Shown here piece by piece: positions 36,905-49,764 of a stretch of DNA of 64,000 nt. The stretch comes from Dipteris shenzhenensis (Eukaryota), in NCBI GenBank assembly GCA_047967505.1, contig CM106538.1. One strand, 5' to 3'. A model generated the notes under the pieces. That model was not told where the DNA came from, did no database searches, and saw only the letters and a program-made list of their open reading frames with translations. Every line of letters begins with the position of its first letter. Within the stretch, counting starts at the first letter, position 1. The translations under genes were made by a program, and so were the position numbers.

Positions 36905-39900
36905 GATTAGTCATGACAAAGGGCCGAAGCCATTCCACATGATCGGTTGCCTATCAATCTCTTCACGAGAGGAAGGGGGAATCCTCCGAAGAGTGCTCCT
37001 GAAATTGGCCCATGCTTTCAGTATGGCAACCATGAGAGGGGGCGAAGGTGATCTGAGGTGTGCTTTGGTGAAAATCCACCTAATACTGCTCATCCAGTCT
37101 CCTCTTGAAGAAGGTGTGCACGTCTGTATGCTGCTAATAAAAAAGGCCTTCCACGGCTCCTGCCCTGGCATAAGTCCCTGCACCACCATCTTGCAGAGTA
37201 AAGCTCTGCACTGTAAGTGTGGATCAATAATATTGAGACCCCTATTCTGTGTAGGGAGGATGAGGGTCTCCCAAGCCACCCTGGCTAATGCATCTGTTGT
37301 GCCATCAAGCCCACTCCAAAGAAAATTTCTGATCGGTCTCCTGAGCTGAGTGATGCAGTTCCTAGAACGGCACCAGCAAGAACAAACAAACCAGAGGACA
37401 TGGTTGATCACCACAACTCTAGAGGCAAGATCCAGCTTGGCTGAGCTCCAAAAAAGGAGCTTCCTCCTGATGCTCTCCAACATGGGAGCAAACTGTTGCG
37501 TGGAAGAAATATCCAAGCCGACCTGGCAGCCTAAATACCTAACTGGCACACCCCTTTGAACCCAAGTGAATCCTATGTTAAGCCCCCAAACTGGAGTGTC
37601 CTCATCACTGATCCAAAAGCCATTGGATTTATGCCAATTTATCTGTGCCCCCGCCGCCAAGCAAAATAAATCCAATGCTGTCCTGAAAGAAGTGAGCGTC
37701 TGTGGTGTGACATCCAAGTAAACTGCTGTGTCATCTGCCAACTCACTGTCAAGTAGCTCCTCTTACCTTCTGATGGGAAGTCTCAGCCCAAAGATGTCAG
37801 CTTGAGATCTAACATAGATACTCATAGCTTCAGCCACGAACAAAAAAAGAAAAGGAGCAAGGGGGCATCCTTGACGGACTGATCTGGAAATCTGAAATCT
37901 CTCACCCCTTACCCCACCAATAAGTACGTGGCTGTGGGCTGATTTGTACAAAGAGGAAACACCTTTGATCCAAGCATCAGTAAAGCCAAAACGTAGAAGG
38001 GTGCCCTCTAAAAAACCCCAATCTACTCTGTCATAAGCTTTCTGAAAATCCAAGAGTAGAACAGTTAGATTCTGGCCGCTCTGCATGGCCCACTCTGAAG
38101 CTTCCCAAAAAGAGAAAATGTTATAAAAAATGCTTTTGCCATGCACAAATCCTGTCTGAGTGTCATGAATAAGCTCTGGGAGAAGGGGCTGCAATCGGAG
38201 GCTGATTGCTTTGGCAAGAATCTTGTAACATGTCCCCGGAAGGTGGATGAGACCCTCAGACTTGTAAATCTTGTAAGATCTTGTAACTCACTAAATTTCT
38301 GCAACCTCCTTTCGGGATAAGGTGGATGAGACCCTCTGTGAGTGACTTGGGCATCTCGCCAGAGTCCCAAATGCCCTGCAGGGCTGAAGTAATGTAGTCT
38401 CCAATCATATCCCAAAATGCAATGAAAAAAGAAGGGGTGAGGCCATCCGAACCTGGGCACTTGCCCTTGTGAAGGCCTGAAAGTGCAGTCCTGAACTCTG
38501 TGTTGGTGAAAGGTGCATCAAGCAAAACATGCATATCCGGTTTCACCAACAAAGGGATGCTCTGCCAAATAACTTGTCTAGCATCTTCTCTATCCCGTGT
38601 GTCAGGATTTGCAGTAAGAAGGGCAGCATAAAAATCTGAAGCTATGCGCATGACATCATCCGGATCTGTCTGTAAAACCCCATGTGAGTCAATAAGGTGG
38701 GATACACTCTCTCTACTATGTCTAGGGCCAAGAGTAGAGAAAAAGTGTTTATTGACTCTGCCACCCATCTGAACCCAGAAGGACTCCCGTGCATGAAAGG
38801 CATACTCTGCTCTCTGATCAAGCAATATCTGCTGATGAGTCCTTGCTGCAGCAAGGCACTCCTGAATCCAAGCATCTGAAGGCCGTTTCTACTCTTCCCT
38901 CTGCAAAGCGAAAAACTGCTGGCGAACACCAATCTCACGTCTGAGAATATCTCGTCTCCTAGTACAAGCAACTGAGTGGTAGAAGTCGCTAATACCAGAA
39001 AGGGCAGCAGCTACATGTGATGGATATGGCTGCCCACCCTGGACATGAGAAACCCATATCTGCAGGGCTACCTCTGTAAGGTCCTCCTCTGTGTACAAGG
39101 CATCTGGAATCCTGAGGTTGGCAGACCGGCCTATCAAGTGAGGCTCTGAGATAGCCAGCACAACAGGAAAGTGGTCTGAAGTGGAAACCCCAGCAGCAAT
39201 GCATACCGATCCACCTCTGTCTAGTGCCCAATCATCTACATAGAATCTGTCAATGCGTGCATGAATAGGCATCTGCTGCCTCCTGTTCAACCAGAGAACA
39301 GGAGGGAATGTGGCTGAATAAGAAAGGCATCATCCAACCAAGTATCTCTGCCACAGTAGTGAAAAAGGAAGGCATCCCAAGTTGCTCTCTCCAAAGAGTG
39401 AAGTCCTCCTTCTCTACCCTCTTTTTTGTCTGACGGTAACTCAACCATGTTAAGGTCACCTCCAATCACCCATAAATCCGCAATGGGGTCCCAGGAGAGC
39501 AAATCCTTCCACATAATGACACGTTCCCCTCTAATGTTGGAGGCATACAGGTTAAGGAAACCAACCTTACGCCCTCCAATCAAGAGAATAATCCACTGAG
39601 CCCTAGAGGGAATAATGACTCCGTGTCCAACAACTAAGGGGAGCACCGACTGCAAAATTGAAATAGAAGTACCCCCCCTAGTGCCCAAGGCAGGCGACCA
39701 AAATGTATGGCCAGAAAGCAACTTGCCTGACTTGGCACAATCTCTAGAATCTAGTTTGTGCTCCTGAATAAATAAGATATCAATGGAAACCCCAGTAACA
39801 CCTGGATGAAGCTGATCCCGGATCAGCTATCTGCGGCGGCGATGTGGGACGCCACCTAGGCCTTGTATGTTCCAGCTAATAATCCTCATCGACGGGAGGA

Positions 39901-42150
39901 TGTAGAGTGGAACATCTTACCCGACCTAGTGGTGGAAACAAACCCCTCAACAGGGGTAGACCTCCTGCTCGAGGAGCGAGGAATGGAACCAAGTGGCGGA
40001 AAATTAGCAGGGGAAAGAACCCTGCCACTTGACGAAGAAGCCCTGTCAACAGGAAACTCAATCACTGGCTCACAAAAAGTAGAGGGCACAAACTCCTCCT
40101 CTGGGAAATCTGAAGCATCTGCTAGAGCTGAAAATGAGTTCCTGTGAATTAGGCCAAACACCGGAGTGCGAAGGATCCCTTATGAGGGTAGATGATCAAT
40201 AGTGTAAACCATCCCCTTCCCCCTATCCAAGGGAGGAAGTGAGGACTGCTCTCGATCCTGTGTCTACCTATCCACGGAGACCTCTACTGCCTCGAGGAGT
40301 GTGTCTGGCACCGCTGGTTCTAGGGGAGGAGCTACAACCAGGGAGGAGGTCGAAGCTGAAGCGTCTCGGACTGTGTGAGGTGAGATTGGAGGGACAGCCC
40401 GAGGTGAAGCAGAGTCCACTAGTGTATCCTAGTGAACTGAAGGAGGAATCTACACACGAACCATAACCCACTGGTATGCGTCGGGTGCCTCTGAGGTAGA
40501 AGGTCGTGAGGCACCTGAGGTAGAAGGTGGCGGTATCATAGGAGCGCTTAGTGGAGGAGCACTTTGGCGAGTAGGAGCTATACCACCATCCTGAGGAGGA
40601 TCGCCATGTGGAGGTCGAGGAGCAGGTGCTGGACCTGTACCACCCTCCTGTCGAGGCTGAGGAGTAGGTGCCGGACCTGTACCACCTTCCTGTCGAGGCC
40701 GAGGAGCAAGTGTTGGACTTGTACCACACCCCTGTCAAGGCCGTGGGGCGGTAGCTGTACTAGAGGGCTTCTTGGGCCTTTTCTTCCTCCTGGGGCAATC
40801 CCTGGCAAAGTGTCCAATGGTCGTGCATATCCTGCATTGGTCCTGCCTGCTTGTAATTTCTACTCTATGGCGAAAAAAGGAACCATCCAGGCGCTTGATC
40901 ATAACATGGTCCATCGTGAGGTTAGGATCCTTACAGAGGACCCTTACTCTAGGTACCCCATCAGCCTTAGTTGCCTCTGCTGCAGTCAATGGCAACCCAG
41001 GGAGGGGTGGGATCTCAGCAACCGTGCCGAAATGCTCCCCAATAATAGAAAGAAGTCGATGGTAAACCTGGGGAAGCCCAGGAAATCTGATGAAGAGTGA
41101 AAAGATTTCCTTATCTTCCTCCACTGGGTCGAAACCAATATCAAAGGCGTCAAAGAAGATCTTCATGTGTCCCAGGTGTAAAAACTCAGCTTTGAGCACT
41201 GTGCTCGCAGCCTCTGGAGTGTCAAAAACAACATGGAAAAAACCTCATCCCAGAAGACGAACATCTAACAATCGTGGAGTGAGGTATGGGGGGAGAGCTG
41301 CAAGCATCCAGTCTCTGGCTTGGGATCTGGAAGGGTGAGACCCGAAGATGCATGCGAGCAACGTGGTAGAGCATTCAATCTCTACGTCCTTCTTGAGCTG
41401 CTGCAACTCGTCTTTAGAAAAAGTAATAGTTTTCGCGGCCGGTGGAGGTGGAGTAGGATTGGTTGATGGAATATCCATCATCAATCGAGGTGAAGAGGCT
41501 GACTCGGGCACTTTTGAGGCTCCGTCTGCTCCAAAAAACGCTGCGGGAGAAGGAAGAGGGGGGAGACATGAAGAAGGAAAAAGAATGCGGGGGGGGGGGT
41601 AGGGAGCAGGGTAGAGGGAGGGCTGAGGCAGGAGCGGGGGGAGGGAGCGGGGTAGAGGGAGCGGGGGAGCAAGGAAGGGGGAGCGGCCTGAGAGGGGAGG
41701 GGGCAGCTGAGCGGGAGAGGATAGAAGGGGGTAGAGGAGAGGGAGGTAGAGGTGGGGGGGTAGAGGCGGGGGTAGGGAGCAGGTAGAGGAGAGGGGTGTA
41801 GAGGCGGGGGGAAGGGTAGGGGGAGGGTAGAGGCGGGGAAGGATAGAGGCAGGGGGAAGGGTAGAGGCGGGGGTGAGGGGAGCGGGGTAGAGGGAGCGGG
41901 GGAGCAGGGAAGGGGGAGCGGGCTGAGAGGGGAGGGGGCGCGCTGAGAGGGAGAGGAGGGGAAGGGGTAGCAGGCTGAGAGGGGAGGGAGCGGGCTGAGA
42001 GGGAGGGGAGGGGGTGGGCTGAGAGGGAGAGGCTGAGGGAGAGGGAGGGGGAGGGGGAGGGGGAGGGGGAGGGGCTGAGGGCGAGGGAGGGGCTGAAGGA
42101 GAGGGGGCAGCAAGGGAGCGGGGAGGAGCAGCAGCTCTGAAAAACCAAAT
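36905..42150 (-). mobile_element. Degenerate L1-clade LINE (pyrimidine-rich 5' UTR, ORF1, ORF2 endonuclease and RT; 3' part missing)
   Basis: ORF1 at 40735-41511 has FIRFPGLP...CRICTTIGHFARDC. Endonuclease: NLYASN, WVIGGDLN, ARIDRFY, SDHFPV. RT: LLDFQKAYDRVDW, SVRQGCPLAP, ADDTAVY, RNFLWSG. Confidence 0.92.
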
Positions 42151-42398
42151 GATGGCTTTTCAATTCTTCATACCCCTAAATGCCAGTCCCCTTGATCGGG
42201 CTGCACGCAAGCTATGTTCCTCAGTTGGGTCGCTTCACCATGGCTGCCCCCTGCAAAGCATCCAAGATTCCGACCGACCTCCATGCTCAGTGAGTCACAT
42301 CCTAGTAACCAAAAGTCACAGTTTTAGTTATGATCTCTTCTGCTCGAACACATATTTTAGCACGCCCCATCTTACTGCTGCTCCTTATAGTATATGCC

Positions 42399-42437
<39 letters not shown>

Positions 42438-42450
42438 TGTATGTATGTAT

Positions 42451-42485
<35 letters not shown>

Positions 42486-42557
42486 AAGAAAGAAAGAAAC
42501 TATTATTATTGTCCTCTGGGGGCCTGAAATCGACCCATGGGACCCAATGGAATGTTA

Positions 42558-42593
<36 letters not shown>

Positions 42594-42862
42594 ACATGCG
42601 GACACACACACACACTCTTCTGTTCTACAATAAAATAATTTATACAAAAAGGGGATTATCTTTATATGTTGGACTTCATTTGCATCAAGAAATGGAGAGG
42701 TGTTCCTTTTTCTGTTTCGTTGTAGGGCTTCTGGTACTTTTGGAATGATTTATTCAGGCAGCTTTTCCACAGCTTGAAAGTAATAATATGGGGAGAGGAT
42801 TTTGCGGCTGTATATTTAGCACTAGTCACTTGGAAACTGATTTGGTCACCTGTATCTTGCAG

Positions 42863-42937
42863 GCAATCCCACAGAAAGAAGTTGACATGAGGGTGATGGA
42901 GTTGCCATCACGTGTAATCATTGAGAGACCATTCCTA
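42863..42937 (+). CDS. TRAPPC13: TRAPPC13 exon
   Basis: tgcag|AIPQKEVDMRVMELPSRVIIERPFL|gtatgt. It continues directly from QQILGS in phase 0. Confidence 0.9.
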
Positions 42938-43090
42938 GTATGTTTTGTTACTTCTAGTGTCAACGTTTTCTGTTGTTAAGGCTGGATATTGGTAAGCTTG
43001 TGAGATGCATATCATGAATGTGAAGCTCTTGGTCGAGTCATTTTTTTTTCTCAAGGGCAAGGGTGTACTGTGTGCTTGTCATGCTGGCAG

Positions 43091-43207
43091 TTGCGCTTGA
43101 GCGTGATCAATCGTACGGACAGACGGGTGGGTCCATTGCAAATATCCATGTCTCAAGATGAGGCTGAAGAAAAGAGAGCAATTGTTGTAAATGGGCTTTG
43201 GACAATG
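43091..43207 (+). CDS. TRAPPC13: TRAPPC13 exon
   Basis: cag|LRLSVINRTDRRVGPLQISMSQDEAEEKRAIVVNGLWTM|gttagt. Confidence 0.88.
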
Positions 43208-44009
43208 GTTAGTCTAGTGACTTTGAATCTCTGAGATAATACATCCAAGTTCTCAATGTTCCCTTTGCTGTTTAATTTATTTGACCTTAGAAATCTCTAA
43301 CAGCAGAATATATATCGAATGTTTGAGAGGCAAACAGTTTTACACCAATGCAATGGTGATTTGTATCTACTTTTCAAGGTGCAAATAAAATTATTCGAGT
43401 CAGTCAACTGCCATTTTTAAGCTTTCACACATTATGTATTCTTTTCCTCTTCGTATAAGCTTATGCCTTTTCTTGACAAGATAATTCAATTTGCAACGAT
43501 CTCTCCTATGAGACTACCTTTGATGTGCCTGTAATTTTTCTTTATGTATTTCTGATGTACGTAAGACTTTTTTAGAAAGTCGCAAAAACAGTTTAATCTT
43601 CACATTGGAAATAAAAGTTAGGCTCAAAGAGATTTGGACAATTTAGTGACATATGCCCTTGCCAATTTGCAATTAAAGGAAGATGAGTAATTATATATGA
43701 GTGTGGGCATACTGGAAGTATGAAAAATGCAGCTAGAATATGAAAAATGCTGTGGAGGAGTCACAATATTGTTTACAATACTAAGTGTATATTTGCATGC
43801 ACATGATATCACGAGTTGGGAGTAACTGTACCTTTGAAGAAATGAGACTTCCTATTGAAGCTTTCCTTTTCATACTTTGCGAGGAGCCCTTGCATCTAAT
43901 TGTCCCCCCTCAAAAAAGATTAACATTTTTTCAAATAATTTGCTATTTCATAGTCAGCTTATTTCCAGAAGATCATGAGATCACATGGTAAGTAAGCAAT
44001 GCAACAAGG

Positions 44010-45075
44010 AGAAAGAAAGAAAGAAAGAAAGAAATTTTATTAGAGTCTTCGGAAGACCAATGGGTCTATGAGACTGAAAGAAAACCTGATACAAATCCCA
44101 GTAAGGGTGGAGCTACTAAAATGAGCATCATCACCCGTGCTGAATCCTAAGTCTGATCATACATAATCAAATACATCTTGGTATGACTTTGAAAAAAAAA
44201 AAGACTGGAGCGGAACGTAATCCTCTGTATGTCATGTCGCCTTGGTTGGTGCATAGCCCGTGATGGGGTGCTGGCGTCCGTCAAGGGGTCCCATGCATCT
44301 CGGTCTCCCGGAGGAGGCTTGATGCAAGACCAGAGCCACCGTGACTCCCGTGGGACGTATCCCGGGTCTAAACAATGACGGGAGGTCCCCCAGAGTGATC
44401 TGTGTCCCCTCGATGTCTCGTGTGTTGTGCTGCGGTCGTCGGGTTGGGGTCTCTGTCACGTCTGCGGCTAGAGACTGGACGATCAATGTCACTCAATGGG
44501 AAGAACTCTGTGATCTTGCTCTGAGAGGTGTCTGATGGTGTGGCCAAGCCCCGTCGCTTGAGTAAGTACTCTCTGTGTCGGACCCCCTCATGAATGAAGG
44601 CCGCGAGGCATCTCTGATCTGGGTAGGCGAGGAATCTGGAAAGGAGCCTGGAGCCGTCTCTGAAGAGACGATGGTAGCGGCCTCGGATCTCGTAGTACAC
44701 TGGGCACTTGAAAATAAAATGCTCCTCCGACTCAACCTCCTGACAGTCGCACAATATGCATATGCGATGCCAACTAGGGATCCCCTCTGCTCTGCCGCTC
44801 TCTATGCGGAGGCGGTGTGATGATACCCGAAACTGTCCGATAGAGATCCGTAGTGAGTGAGGCATATGAAGCTCAATGTACCCTGGTGGTGTGATGAATC
44901 CCTCCTCCGAAATACGAAGACAGTGATCTCTGTAGAAACTCAGCTTCACTGGAAGCTCCCTCGACTCCAACCAGGTCCTAAAGGTGTGTAGCTGCAGGAG
45001 ATCCTCTCGAATGACCTGGTTGGTGTGTGGCCCCGATCGGGATGGTGGATGGGAGTACCGGAGGGGCATCTAAAC
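44010..45075 (-). mobile_element. RTE-like LINE 3' portion with terminal hairpin, AATAAA and (TTTC)n tail
   Basis: ORF 44368-45069 has FRVSSHRLRIESGR...CILCDCQEVESEEHFIFKCPVYYEIR. Hairpin at 44045-44074 is followed on the minus strand by TCTAATAAAATTTC(TTTC)n. Confidence 0.88.
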
Positions 45076-45463
45076 TGTACTGAAAAGGAGGTATCCTATC
45101 GATGTGAAACCCTAGTCTCACAAACCATCTGTGAGTTCATGCATACCAACATCGCTCGTCTCCCTCTGCTGCCAACCTCATGGAGGAATCGAGAGAGAAC
45201 AATGGACAGCAGGAGCAGGCAACAACTGAATATGATTGATTGATGATTTGCAAGTACAAGGGTGCCTCCTTAGGCAAAGGTAGCCTCTGTTCCCACACAC
45301 ACACATCACATGTGATGTCAAGTGAGGGAATCTCACTGACATTACAGGTGAGGTCACATACACCTACCATATCTAATCATGACCTTATCTAAAGCCAAAG
45401 GTCACTTGACCATTCACATTCACACAAGTCTCAAACCCAAAACCCCTTTTACACTCACAGACA
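45076..45463. mobile_element. Possible solo LTR (~390 bp)
   Basis: Begins TGT and ends ACA, with aaact repeated at both junctions. The exact TSD is ambiguous. Confidence 0.35.
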
Positions 45464-47612
45464 AACTAGAACCTAGTTCTCACGCTTGACTCTGAATACC
45501 CAACAAAACGTTCGGAGAAAAGGTGGTGAGACCACTCCGCCGCGATACTGCAATGCTTACTGTGTGCACCTCCTGTGCCACAGCAGCTCATGACCAATAG
45601 TTGAGACCATCCCCTTTGGCTAGTAATTGGGTAGAAAGTATGTTTTAGAAACCTAGAACTAAGACTCTCACAGAAAAAAGCCAAATACAATCATTTTTGG
45701 GGGACTACCCAGGACAGAATACCCTTATTGACTCAACACACACACAAAGGACAATTAGAAAGCCCAATCCTCATCAACCTCCTCGCGGTGGACATGGACC
45801 AGTGGCAGCAGTCTATTTCCACAACTTCTTCTCTCAGGTTCTTCTTTCCCGAGCAAATTGGCATACACAGGAGCTTTGTATGTCTATTATGAATTGCCAA
45901 AAGGTACTAAGGTAGATTTACAAGCTGAGGTGATACATTTCAAACATAATAATCTAATCCTAAGAGAAAAAACCTCTTCTAAATGGAGGTACCCCAAGGA
46001 TGTTCACACCACACTACTCAATATCCAACAATCCTTACACTATTTGCTACCATCTACTAGTGCAAAATCAGACAATTTGAGGACAAGAGCGGCTCCAAAT
46101 CTGGCTACCATAAGAGGTCAAGCTCAAAATGACACTGTGTATGCCATGCTGGAGGGAAGTATCACCCTAACCTTAACCCTAGAAGTGTGACAACTCTCTG
46201 TGTAAGGTTTTAAAGCCTTACACAGATAAGTATGTATTTCTCCGAAAATGGACAAAACCCTGTATAAGGGTGTGCACTGTATGCCACCATCTAGCAGATA
46301 TGGTGTTGCCTAGATGTGGACCCTTGGCACCACAAAACTATTCTCCTATCTTCCCCTAGCACCTTAAAAAACTGTGTCAGTCTGAACTTCAGTGGGATGA
46401 GTAGTTGCTCTCCCTACAGACCTCCTCGCTGCTCCGGTGGACAGCCAATGGTGAGGTACCGTTAATGTCCTGATCCTTGACTTCCTTGCAGCACCTTGCT
46501 GCTCCTGTCTGCAGCTAGTGGCGAGTCACAAGGCTCCCTGATTCCTGGCCTCCTTGCTGCTGGAACTGCAGCCAAACTGTGAGGTGCAAACTGAATACTA
46601 ACTGCCCCTCCAGGGCCCTTTGATAGGGCTAGAATGCTCCTAGGAACTGGCCGACCAGCAGACTGAGCTGGCTGACCAGCCCACAGACTGGGCTGACCCA
46701 GTCTGTGGCAGATCTTCTGCCCTAACCTGCTGTTGGAGGCCAGCCTGCCAAGTGGTATGTGCTGGCTGGTCTACCTCTCTGTGAGCCTGACCCACTGCTT
46801 CAGACTGCTGCCTGGCAGTCCTTGCTGCCACCATCTGCAGGGTCTATATAATGGCCTTGCCAGCTGCAGGGTCTATATAATGGCCTTGGCAGCCCATGTT
46901 TGCTGCCCTATGTGCAGCCCTTGCAGGGCCTTCTGCTGCATGAACGTCTGTCCTCTTCTAGGTCCTGTGCTGCTCCTAGGAAGCCCTTCCATCCAGATAT
47001 ACCTGCAGCTCACATGACAGCCTGCATGCTGCCCCATGTGGCAGCCCTGCACCTGCAGATCTGCCCCTGTGGCAGCTTTCCTCTCTCCCCATTTAGCATC
47101 TCTTTGTCTCATAAGATACTGCTGGTACACCTCACAGATGGGGAAATGACCACAGTAATCCCAACACTAAAATGAAATTGTATAGGCTTCACAAGCAATA
47201 GTAGCTTGAATGAAGAGAATGTGGACTACTTTTGGATTAGTTTTCTTGTTTAGTGCTAGCCTTTGTCAATGCTGAGTCTACCCTTCACCTTTGGAGTGCT
47301 GATAGGAGCTTAGTACAAATACCTTTGTATAAATGGATGTTCAAGCATGTGTGAGGGTGTGGATATGTATGTGTGGGACATATGTTTTTGCTATGGTACA
47401 CCCACCATTGGGCGTGGATGATGTCGGTGGGGATGTCATGACTAGTAAGTCCCTGCTATGCATGATGGAGTTTAGGGTTTTCAACCGTCAAGCAACTAAC
47501 TCGAGTGAATAACTTTCTTTGCAAAAAAAAAACTTGAGTGAAGAACTGCACTATGTGTTGTGTTTTTCAGAGCATGAAATTTGAAATGTTCCTATATGTG
47601 TGTGTGTGTGTG

Positions 47613-47689
<77 letters not shown>

Positions 47690-47760
47690 GTATGTATAAA
47701 TAAATAAATATATGTATATTAAATAAAAATATAAATATATATGTGTGTGTGTGTGTGTAG

Positions 47761-49764
47761 GTGTGAGGAGCGATGGAGAGCGATGGAGCCTCCCCCTTGC
47801 CCGTACAGCCCCAACCTACCTCGCTTTTCTGCTCGCAAACTCCTGTGCTTGCTCCGTTATCCTCTTTCCCTGCTTCGTACATCCCCGTACCTTTGCAGCT
47901 TGCAGCCGTACCTTTCCAGCCCACATTGGTACCTTGCCCCGTCTTCATCCACGCCTTTCCTGCACTCAGTCGTACCCTCTCTGCATTCCGTACAGACTGT
48001 ACAGTCGTCCGTACAGGCTGTACGGTAGTCCGTACAGTCCCAGCCTCATGTCGCCTCTGATTTCCGTACAGCCCCTCTGCATAGTATGTCCGTACAGCCC
48101 GATTCTGGTCCTTTTGTACAGTCCGTACCTCTTTTGGAGCAGCCCTCTCTGTCTTGCTCTTTCCTTGATACCTCTTCTTCCCCTTTTCCTGTTGCTTCGA
48201 CAGATGCCTCGTTCGTGTTCTCTGCTTCAGCTCTTCTTTCTGCCTCTGCTCCCACACGTGTTTTCATTCGGCATAAGAGAGGTGTTTTGCTTCCTTCGTG
48301 CTCTTTCAAATCGGCGAAGCTAGATGTTGCAGTTGGACCTTCCTCTCCTCTCCAGTTGGATCTTCTTCGCCAGATGTGTGCTGCCTCCGTTACAGAAGTT
48401 CCTTCTTCGGGTTCTCCTTTGGTTTGTTCTTTGGATTCTGCCCTTGTAATCTTTGGTCTTCGACAGGCTTAGCAGCTTGGGATCTATCTCTACTTTATGG
48501 GCAGGGTTCTTTCTGCAGCTCACCTTCGTCGTTGGGCTGAAGCTGCCGTGGGTGTGGATGTCATTTCCTCCTTTGTCTTTATGGGCAAAGGGTTTTATTA
48601 TGCCCACTGTTCTTCGACGGAGGTGGTGGAGCACCTTGTCAGTTGTGCTGGGGTTCCTGGGGCAGGTTTATTTGCTTATGTCATGCCCTGGGATCCTCTT
48701 TTTGATTCGGCAGCTTCTCTTTTGACTCATTGCCCGGTATGGATCACCCTCAAAGCACTGCCTGTTTCTCTTCTTCAGCATCTTTCTACCCTTGTAGCGC
48801 TCTTGGGGAGGCCTCTTCATGTTCCGAGACAGGAGTTTTTGTAGGCCACTCCGGATATTCGATATGATGCAGCCAGTGCCTTCTACTTTGGATCTTGATC
48901 TGGGTTTTGCCCATCCCATGCACATTTGGTTGCATTTTGCCTCTTTTCCTACAGCCTGTTATCGGTGCTGCCAGGTTGGTCATTTTGCACGTGCTTGCCC
49001 TTCTGCTTCCAAGACCACTCCTCCTGCTCCTTCCTCAGCAGTCAAGATTACTCCCCCTTCTCCTCCGGTCTCTACTATGGTTTCACTAGATAAGCCTTTA
49101 TTCACTGCTCCGAAGCATTACTGGAAGAAGGTAGATAAATCACTGGCCAATCTTGCTGCTGCTAAAGAAGCTCAGGCTCAATCTCGTGTTGAGCACCAAT
49201 AGTCTCCTTCTCCTCAGGATAAGGATGTTCCTCTTGAAGAGGGGATTATACAGGATGCGGTACATGTTTTATCTCAGGTTGATACTTGGAGTGAAGCTGA
49301 AATGATGAGTCGTGATTTATTTGATGCGGCTCCTTCAGATGGTACTGATGTTGATCTAGCTCCTTTGCCTGTGATGATCGTGCCAGAGTCTATTTTTGTT
49401 CAGGATGCAGATGTTCCTTTTTCTCTGGATTCTTTTCATCCTTGGTTACAACAGGTTTTTGACCTTGTGATTCAAAAATTCCGGCTGCCAGCTTATATTA
49501 AGAAGAATCACAAGGGCAAAATACAGCTAGTTTTTATTGATGGTGCAGTTACTCCACTGCATCACTTTTTACGAAGCAACAATCTGAAACTGGAGGATCT
49601 TTTGTTTGATTCTCCTCCAGTGGATATGTAACTTTTTACTGGGCTGCCTCATGAGTTTTTCTCTGAGGCTTTACTTGTAAATTTTTTCTTTGTACCTATT
49701 GGTGGGTTTTTACCTCTTTTTGGGGTTTCCCACACAGAAATAAAAGATTTCACTAAAAAAAAAA
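47761..49764 (+). mobile_element. Complete ~2.0-kb ORF1-only L1-derived element (HAL1-like)
   Basis: Identical 18-bp TSD GTGTGTGTGTGTGTGTAG (47743-47760 and 49765-49782). AATAAA at ~49739 precedes an A10 tail. The broken ORF1 has PVWITLKALP and CYRCCQVGHFARAC. No endonuclease or RT is present. Confidence 0.85.

Noticed and set aside
41414-42163. Pro-rich extensin-like ORFs
   Set aside because: They result from the C-rich L1 5' UTR and are open in several frames.
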